Source: a virus
Virus record (IMG/VR): IMGVR_UViG_3300029573_000021
Location: 1-11,088 of that record
Length of the DNA stretch: 11,088 nucleotides
Reading direction: 5' to 3' (one strand)
Each line of letters starts with the position of its first letter. Position 1 is the first letter of the stretch. Below, in pieces: positions 6,150 to 10,520 of this stretch. The position numbers were made by a program, and so were the translations under genes. Under the pieces are notes generated by a model, which worked only from the letters and a program-made list of their open reading frames with translations, was not told where the DNA came from and ran no database searches.

Positions 6150-7178
6150 TTAATGTTCAAAAGTGCCAAAGGAGGGCGCATCCTCCGGTACATCCAGGCC
6201 GGGAATACCGTCTTCCGGCGCCGGAGCGGTTACAGGCGGCGGGGCCTGCGTCGTCTTGGGGGCCGCCTTGGGAGCGGGAGCAGATACAGGAGTCTTCGGC
6301 AGGTCGGGTTTCCTGGCGGGCTGGTCGTCATCCGGGAACACTTCCTTCACCCGCACCATACCATCAACAATGCCGTTATAAATATTGCTTAAATCTCGCA
6401 ATTCATTTACGGTCATTTCTTCAAGCTTGTGCCCCAATTTGGTTTCGAGCAGGGCGCGCGTCACTCCATAAGCTAAAAAATTAGCTTCCAGGGATCGGAG
6501 AATATCAGCCTTATCACGCTTAAATCCACTCTCCTGCGTATTTTTTACGGCTTCCAGCGCTTCATCAGTCAACCAGCCGGGAAGTACCTGCAAGATGCAG
6601 GCGCGGATGCGGCGAGAAGCCATATTGGCGCACAGTTCGTAAACATCCCGTTCGTTATCAAGGGCGACACGCAGCATTTTTCCAGTCTTTTTCCCTTTGG
6701 AATCAGTCTCATTCTTATCGCGGGTATGAGGTACAGAGAAAGCAATTTCCCGGCGAACATTGGTCTCCTTGTCAAAACAATAGGCAAGACATTCGGACAC
6801 ATTGCAGCCGTTTCCATCTGCTCCCTTCGGGTCCCAATGGCGGGCAACTTCCTTCCATCCGGCTTCCGCATTGCCCCATGCGCCAATCAGCGCTTCCGCC
6901 AAGCGGATGCTAGGGCCCGTCACGGTCGTATTTCCGCGGGGATAGGAATAAGTGGCGGATTGCGCCAACTTCGGTTGAGCACAAGCCTGTTTCATTCTCA
7001 AGGTCACTTCAGCTAAATCCCGCGGAAACTGCTTGGCGATCCAAATGGAAGCCAGCACGGAAGTAACGGCTGCATTGCTTGTCATGGCAGCCAGGGCTCC
7101 GCCACTGGCGGGAGCCTGAACGGCAAAAGGATTGCCTGGTGCTTGATTGGTGAGTTCGTTTGTTGTATTCGTATTCAC
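6150..7178 (-). CDS. Putative single-strand annealing / recombination protein (function inferred from context), with a Pro/Ala-rich tail
   Basis: 342 aa and clearly coding (long ORF with no competing frame). Its position immediately upstream of the exonuclease and RusA suggests the SSAP partner of an exo/annealase pair. GPSIRLAEALIGAWGN looks like a conserved core, but I cannot place the family. The annotated start is GTG 7178 without an SD, so the start is uncertain. The C-terminal tail is PKTPVSAPAPKAAPKTTQAPPPVTAPAPEDGIPGLDVPEDAPSFGTFEH. Confidence 0.5.
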   Translation of the reverse strand: MNTNTTNELTNQAPGNPFAVQAPASGGALAAMTSNAAVTSVLASIWIAKQFPRDLAEVTLRMKQACAQPKLAQSATYSYPRGNTTVTGPSIRLAEALIGAWGNAEAGWKEVARHWDPKGADGNGCNVSECLAYCFDKETNVRREIAFSVPHTRDKNETDSKGKKTGKMLRVALDNERDVYELCANMASRRIRACILQVLPGWLTDEALEAVKNTQESGFKRDKADILRSLEANFLAYGVTRALLETKLGHKLEEMTVNELRDLSNIYNGIVDGMVRVKEVFPDDDQPARKPDLPKTPVSAPAPKAAPKTTQAPPPVTAPAPEDGIPGLDVPEDAPSFGTFEH

Positions 7179-7215
7179 GTTATTAGTATTCTATTGGGTT
7201 AGTTATTGATAACAG

Positions 7216-7250
7216 GCCGGGTTCAGTTGCCGCTGACCCGGCTATTTTTT
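7216..7250 (+). terminator. GC-rich hairpin followed by T6; its geometry fits a + strand intrinsic terminator although the flanking genes are on the minus strand
   Basis: GCCGGGT(T)CAG at 7216..7226 pairs with CTGACCCGGC at 7233..7242 (10 bp with one bulge). The loop is TTGCCG, followed by TA and TTTTTT (7245..7250). On the minus strand the hairpin is followed by CUGUUAUCAAUAAC, which is a poor U-tract. Confidence 0.4.
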
Positions 7251-7253
7251 CAG

Positions 7254-7634
7254 TTAAAAAAGGTTTTTGAGCAGGAGGAAAATTAAGAAGAGGAATGTTC
7301 CTCCGGCAGTAACCAGTCCCCACCAGAAAATCAGGTAAGCGAGGATTTTGGTAATCCGGGACCCTGATTGGGCGGCTTGGGTATAGTTCCAGCATCGCTC
7401 CTCTTCGTCCGGGATGCCGTTGAGGCGTTCCCTGGCACATAACGGGCACAGATAGCGCGCGGTGAAGACGCCGTCCTGATGGTCCCCTACGAGGGACATC
7501 CATGAAGACGAAGCTTTCAGCGGCGCCGCGCACATATAACAACGCGCCGTCTTTGCGGGGTGCGGGTTGTTGGTGAGCGTTTCCACCATCCCCTTGAAGG
7601 GGCCCCGGTCAATGATGTGTTGATGTGTGGTCAT
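7254..7634 (-). CDS. Hypothetical zinc-ribbon protein with a C-terminal transmembrane anchor
   Basis: 126 aa. There are two CxxC pairs (CYMC ... CPLC) about 37 aa apart. The C-terminal hydrophobic stretch is ILAYLIFWWGLVTAGGTFLFLIFLLL. It has an ATGA overlap with the upstream gene (7631..7634). Confidence 0.7.
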   Translation of the reverse strand: MTTHQHIIDRGPFKGMVETLTNNPHPAKTARCYMCAAPLKASSSWMSLVGDHQDGVFTARYLCPLCARERLNGIPDEEERCWNYTQAAQSGSRITKILAYLIFWWGLVTAGGTFLFLIFLLLKNLF

Positions 7635-7942
7635 TTTCTTTTGTTAGTTAAGTATTTTTCCACGTCTTCCATGTTATAAAGGGTTCCTTTTCCGACTCCT
7701 TCCAGCCTTCTTACATTCTTCCCCGCCCGTGCCAGGATGTTATCCATCTGCCGGGAGGAAATGTCATAATAAGTGGCTAATGTGGAGCTTTTAGCGTATT
7801 TCTTTTCGATTGCTCCGAAAATGGAAACGGAAGACGATTCAGGCGTAGAAGGAACAGGCGTGGTTGCCAGCTCCCGCAACACTCCGGCCAGCGTTTCCAG
7901 CGCGGTCGCAAGGGTGGTCATGGTTGTGTCGTTTTCGCTCAT
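7631..7942 (-). CDS. Hypothetical protein with a C-terminal excisionase/MerR-type HTH (HTH_17-like)
   Basis: 103 aa. The segment STLATYYDISSRQMDNILARAGKNVRRLEGVGKGTLYNMEDVEKYL follows the 'helix-turn-helix ... G.G ... l..wl' pattern of AlpA/Xis-type domains. Confidence 0.6.
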   Translation of the reverse strand: MSENDTTMTTLATALETLAGVLRELATTPVPSTPESSSVSIFGAIEKKYAKSSTLATYYDISSRQMDNILARAGKNVRRLEGVGKGTLYNMEDVEKYLTNKRK

Positions 7943-8212
7943 GTTCGTTCTTCTGAATTGGCCGCCCGGACGGGACTTTACGCCGCCCCGCGCCTGCCAG
8001 ACCGTATTACTTATTTGGTTTTGGTTTTAGGCCCCACCTGGGCCGGGCGATTGGTTAAAAGTCGTTTAGTCGTCGTAGTGTCCGTCCGGGTTGTCCGTCG
8101 TGGCATGGTCCCGTTCGTACCGCACCAGGGCGTTTTCGAGGGCCGCGGCTGCGGTTTCGTGTTCGTTCATCAGCCGTTCGGATGCACCGGTCTTCTTCGT
8201 CGTATTCGATGC

Positions 8213-8428
8213 TCATTTTCGCCCTCCTTTCTTCAAAAATTCTTGAGATCTTTTCTCAAGCCACGCCGTTACTTCGTCAAGTTTGTAACGCGGGTGTGTT
8301 CCTTTTCCTCCCAGCCCGCCGGAAAAATAAACACGGGGACAACCTTCCTTATTAAGTCGAACTAGAGAACCCTTGCTAATGTTCAGGGCCTTGCGTAGTT
8401 CCTCGCTGGTGATGTATGGTGTATTCAT
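8213..8428 (-). CDS. xis: Excisionase / AlpA-family HTH DNA-binding protein
   Basis: 71 aa. MNTPYITSEELRKALNISKGSLVRLNKEGCPRVYFSGG...YKLDEVTAWLEKR is the typical HTH_17 excisionase-family layout. It lies near the integrase. Confidence 0.75.
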   Translation of the reverse strand: MNTPYITSEELRKALNISKGSLVRLNKEGCPRVYFSGGLGGKGTHPRYKLDEVTAWLEKRSQEFLKKGGRK

Positions 8429-8485
8429 ATGTTTTTTCTTGTTTGTCTTTGATGTAAACGCTATTGCCTCTACTTCCGTTTAAGC

Positions 8486-8677
8486 CTATTCTCTGTATTC
8501 CATGATTACTTTAATTTCTGTTGATTGTTCTTCTTCGATAGCCAATAGACCGTTTTTAATTATTACTTTCGGGTATTTCTTCTTCACGGTTAATCTTTTG
8601 TTCTCCTTGTAAAAACCATGATAAAGCTCATAACGAATGATAGAGAGGTCGTTATGAACGTCCAAGCTACCAAGCAT
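8486..8677 (-). CDS. Hypothetical 63-aa protein (competes with the overlapping 34-aa ORF below)
   Basis: A 63-codon open frame in roughly 35-40% GC DNA is moderately unlikely by chance. However, ATG 8677 has no SD; the nearest GGAGG is 21 nt upstream. I recognise no family. Confidence 0.4.
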   Translation of the reverse strand: MLGSLDVHNDLSIIRYELYHGFYKENKRLTVKKKYPKVIIKNGLLAIEEEQSTEIKVIMEYRE

Positions 8678-8694
8678 TGCCAGTCAGTCATCAT
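8590..8694 (-). CDS. Possible 34-aa single-pass membrane peptide (not in the ORF track)
   Basis: Hand translation gives MMTDWQCLVAWTFITTSLSFVMSFIMVFTRRTKD*. The ATG at 8694..8692 overlaps the lipoprotein stop (ATGA). AAGGAGG ends 4 nt before the first ATG and 7 nt before the second. The peptide is a roughly 22-residue hydrophobic core followed by the basic tail TRRTK. It is too short for the open frame to be statistically convincing. Confidence 0.35.
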   Translation of the reverse strand: MMTDWQCLVAWTFITTSLSFVMSFIMVFTRRTKD

Positions 8695-8966
8695 TTAGCC
8701 TCCTTTCGTGTTATTCTCGCGGTGCCGGATATAAAGAGTTCCTCACCGTCCGGTTTAGTGACCAGATAGCCATAAATATCCTTTTTATAATCACTTATTG
8801 CCTTCACGCACTCAGGGTCGTTAGTGGAAAAAGAAATATCGCGAAGACCTGGCTGTTCGATCTTAATAATCCACTCTTTATTCCCTTCTGAAATGTGGTC
8901 ATAAGGGCGCGGATTACAGCCGCACAGAACAAGCCCGGACAAGACGAGGGCGAACAGAGCTTTCAC
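8691..8966 (-). CDS. Small lipoprotein (91-aa precursor)
   Basis: The signal peptide plus lipobox is MKALFALVLSGLVLCG|C. The GTG start overlaps the upstream stop (GTGA), and a GGAGG lies 7 nt upstream. The mature part of about 75 aa has no recognisable family. Confidence 0.75.
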   Translation of the reverse strand: MKALFALVLSGLVLCGCNPRPYDHISEGNKEWIIKIEQPGLRDISFSTNDPECVKAISDYKKDIYGYLVTKPDGEELFISGTARITRKEAK

Positions 8967-9211
8967 TTCTTCGCCTCCCCCTCGTTGATGATGGATGCCC
9001 TAACGGCAGCACTAAGAGCGCTTTTACCTGAGCTTATGAGATCTATCGCCTCCTGTAGTCTGAAACTGGAATTCATGTAAAAATAGAACTGGTCCAAAGG
9101 GACGCTAGCTTCATATTTTTTTTCTTCCTCGAAGATTGTTTCCAGTTTTGAGAGAATGACAAAAAGATCATCCTGTATTCTTATTATCTCTGCTTTTTGT
9201 TTTGCGGTCAT
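8963..9211 (-). CDS. Hypothetical 82-aa protein, predicted helical and cytoplasmic
   Basis: MTAKQKAEIIRIQDDLFVILSKLETIFEEEKKYEAS... It is translationally coupled to the lipoprotein gene. Its ATG lies 2 nt after an in-phase TAA of the upstream interrupted ORF (TAATCATG). Confidence 0.65.
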   Translation of the reverse strand: MTAKQKAEIIRIQDDLFVILSKLETIFEEEKKYEASVPLDQFYFYMNSSFRLQEAIDLISSGKSALSAAVRASIINEGEAKK

Positions 9212-9213
9212 GA

Positions 9214-9394
9214 TTATCGCTTGGCGGGTTCGGGGTTCTTCGGCTGCGTTGGGCGGGGAAGCCCGCGCCTTTTGAGAATGTCAAGGAAGGCTTCTTCTGG
9301 AGCCTTTCCGGATTCAACGCACTCTTGGATAAGTGCTTTGCTTGCCAATCTATCTGCAGCAATTTTTTTCGATGGGGATTTTGATTTCGATCAT
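9214..9394 (-). pseudogene. Small ORF interrupted at an A7 homopolymer; a 59-aa product is restored by removing one A
   Basis: ATG 9394 gives MIEIKIPIEKNCCR*, with the stop at 9352..9350. The run of 7 A on the minus strand (T7 at 9363..9369 on +) precedes a 47-codon open frame: IAADRLASKALIQECVESGKAPEEAFLDILKRRGLPRPTQPKNPEPAKR*. That frame ends at TAA 9216..9214, 2 nt before the next gene. There is no obvious SD at 9394. Confidence 0.3.
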
Positions 9395-9468
9395 GGCTGG
9401 AATGGTGGGTTTTCGCTAGTTGATGTGTATATAATTAGCGGATTTGCTCAAATAAGCCAATAGGGAGG

Positions 9469-9762
9469 TTATTTGTTATTTGCTTTTTCTCGTATTTCTC
9501 GGGCGATGTTTTCATAATCTTCGGGTGTAAGGATTACGTTTTGAGTTTGTTGAACTAAATAAGCGGTAATGATTTCAGTCATCGTCATATTCTGATCTTT
9601 TGCTCTCTTTTGAAATTTTCGGAAGAGGACGATGGGGATCCATACTGAAATCTGTTTTTTGTCTATCTTCCGTTGACTTGGCATGCGCTCAACATAATCG
9701 GTGACTAACCACCAGTCAACACTATTTTTCATCTTTTTTACATTTTTTTCATCCAGCATCAT
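9469..9762 (-). CDS. Ribbon-helix-helix (CopG/Arc/MetJ-type) DNA-binding protein
   Basis: 97 aa. KQISVWIPIVLFRKFQKRAKDQNMTMTEIITAYLVQQ fits the beta-strand/helix/helix RHH pattern. An AGGAGA lies 6 nt upstream of the ATGATG start. It is the first gene leftward of a divergent intergenic region. Confidence 0.7.
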   Translation of the reverse strand: MMLDEKNVKKMKNSVDWWLVTDYVERMPSQRKIDKKQISVWIPIVLFRKFQKRAKDQNMTMTEIITAYLVQQTQNVILTPEDYENIAREIREKANNK

Positions 9763-9790
9763 TCCGGATCTCCTAAAAGTATTCGCGTAT

Positions 9791-9840
9791 CCCCCTCTGG
9801 CAAATGGCTATTTATTTTGACCGAATGCTGACCCCCTCTG
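9791..9840. promoter_or_regulatory. Two exact 9-bp direct repeats (CCCCCTCTG) in the 90-bp divergent intergenic region; candidate operator
   Basis: The repeats are at 9791..9799 and 9832..9840, a 41-bp offset. They lie between the RHH gene (-) and the 93-aa gene (+). A 9-mer repeat inside 90 bp is unlikely by chance (order 1e-2). Confidence 0.4.
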
Positions 9841-9852
9841 CTTCTTGAAAAA

Positions 9853-10134
9853 ATGACTACCAAACTAGATGACCAGATCAAAGCCTTGGTAAATTCGGAC
9901 AAGGCTCCGCCTGTGCCGACAATAGAAAAAATAGAAGAGGAAACTAAAAGAGATGAAGTAGCTTTGGAAAAAGAGAAAAAGCATACTGTGCATCAGGCTT
10001 GGAAATGGGTGCTGGATTGTAGAAGAGAAACGGTACATCATGACTACTGGATTTTTATCAACCCTCGTTGGGTACATGGTAAAATCAGTTCAAAAATATG
10101 TTTAATCTCTAGGAAATCCTGTCAAAATGATTGA
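9853..10134 (+). CDS. Hypothetical 93-aa protein (Lys/Glu-rich N-terminus, Trp/His/Cys-rich C-terminus)
   Basis: This is the only plausible frame in the region; the antisense ORF 9865..10077 is Phe/Ser-rich junk. It is followed 67 nt downstream by a strong + strand intrinsic terminator. There is no clear SD and I recognise no family. Confidence 0.5.
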   Translation: MTTKLDDQIKALVNSDKAPPVPTIEKIEEETKRDEVALEKEKKHTVHQAWKWVLDCRRETVHHDYWIFINPRWVHGKISSKICLISRKSCQND

Positions 10135-10201
10135 AAAACGATGAGAATGTGATATAAAAGTGCTTTCCTGAATAAGGATCCTTTCTGTATTCATTCTTTT
10201 T

Positions 10202-10232
10202 CCGCCTGCGTCGGGAGACGCGGGCGGTTTTT
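10202..10232 (+). terminator. Rho-independent terminator
   Basis: CCGCCTGCGTC (10202..10212) pairs with GACGCGGGCGG (10217..10227), an 11-bp stem with one G-U pair and a GGGA loop. TTTTT follows directly at 10228..10232. Confidence 0.8.
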
Positions 10233-10477
10233 ATGTGCGAGGGTTCATTTTTTGTGTCATAATATGTCTCCCTTTACATACTCCTGCATCCGTGGATGCG
10301 GCTTTCTTGGGGTGCTATACGGTATACTGTACAGGTGACCCGTTAAAAACTTATGGACAAGACGCTAAATCCCTCCGCGATGCCAATTCTCGTCAGCACA
10401 CGACGGAATGGGCCTTGATTTTCCTACGTTTTGCGCAGTTTTGAGCGCACCTGAAAGCACCTGACAGAAAAAAGTAC

Positions 10478-10517
10478 CCTGTACATGCGACTGTACATTG
10501 TCTAAGGACTGTACAGC
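10478..10517. promoter_or_regulatory. Three closely spaced CTGTACA boxes immediately upstream of int; candidate operator or arm-type sites
   Basis: The palindromic core TGTACA occurs at 10480, 10492 and 10510 (as CCTGTACAT, GACTGTACAT, GACTGTACAG). A fourth copy, ACTGTACAG, is at 10326..10334. Only one other TGTACA exists in the whole window (3713). The last box ends 5 nt before the int ATG. Confidence 0.4.
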
Positions 10518-10520
10518 ACT

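Noticed and set aside
1609-6484. Long + strand ORFs in the track (1609..2454 of 281 aa, 1971..2471, 3693..4256, 4551..5195, 5489..6484 of 331 aa, 5832..6392 and others).
   Set aside because: All lie antisense to minus-strand genes that carry clear catalytic motifs (Walker A/B, DPPY, NPPY, PD-(D/E)XK). Their products are Arg/Pro/Gly/Ser-rich, as expected for shadow frames in GC-rich DNA. They lack SD sequences and do not respect the tight stop-start junctions seen on the minus strand.
7183-7542. Minus-strand 119-aa ORF overlapping 7254..7634 in another frame.
   Set aside because: It would read through the intergenic hairpin and T/A tracts, has no start context, and its product is Arg/Pro-rich. 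The competing frame has the CxxC pairs, the TM helix and an ATGA coupling.
8213-8215. Idea that TGA is recoded (as a sense codon), because the xis frame stays open for 48 codons past its TGA.
   Set aside because: TGA acts as the stop in at least six well-supported ATGA or GTGA junctions in the same operon, so global recoding is not supported. This is retained only as a local frame ambiguity.
7958-8365. + strand 135-aa ORF.
   Set aside because: It is antisense to the excisionase-type gene and to the post-xis coding signal. Its product is Val/Arg-rich and it has no SD.
9253-9273. Small GC hairpin (GCGGG-gaag-CCCGC) followed by TTTT on the + strand.
   Set aside because: The stem is only 5 bp, the T-run is separated from it, no + strand gene lies upstream, and it falls inside the open frame of the interrupted ORF.
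9168-9463. ORFs 9168..9362 (-, TTG start, 64 aa) and 9197..9463 (+, 88 aa).
   Set aside because: The first overlaps the well-supported 82-aa gene, starts with TTG without an SD, and is Arg/Lys/Pro-rich. The second is antisense and has no signals. The A7-interrupted frame that docks onto the next gene explains the open frames better.
8492-10192. The 9-bp direct repeat TCTGTATTC at 8492..8500 and 10184..10192 almost exactly brackets the low-GC cassette; I considered it as a possible insertion scar or att-like repeat.
   Set aside because: Exact 9-mer pairs are expected hundreds of times by chance in 11 kb, and neither copy has an extended match, so the bracket position alone is not evidence.
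10235-10444. + strand 69-aa ORF (GTG start) between the terminator and int.
   Set aside because: The GTG lies just after the terminator T-tract with no SD, and the ORF runs across the palindrome and a TGTACA box. The region is more parsimoniously regulatory and non-coding.
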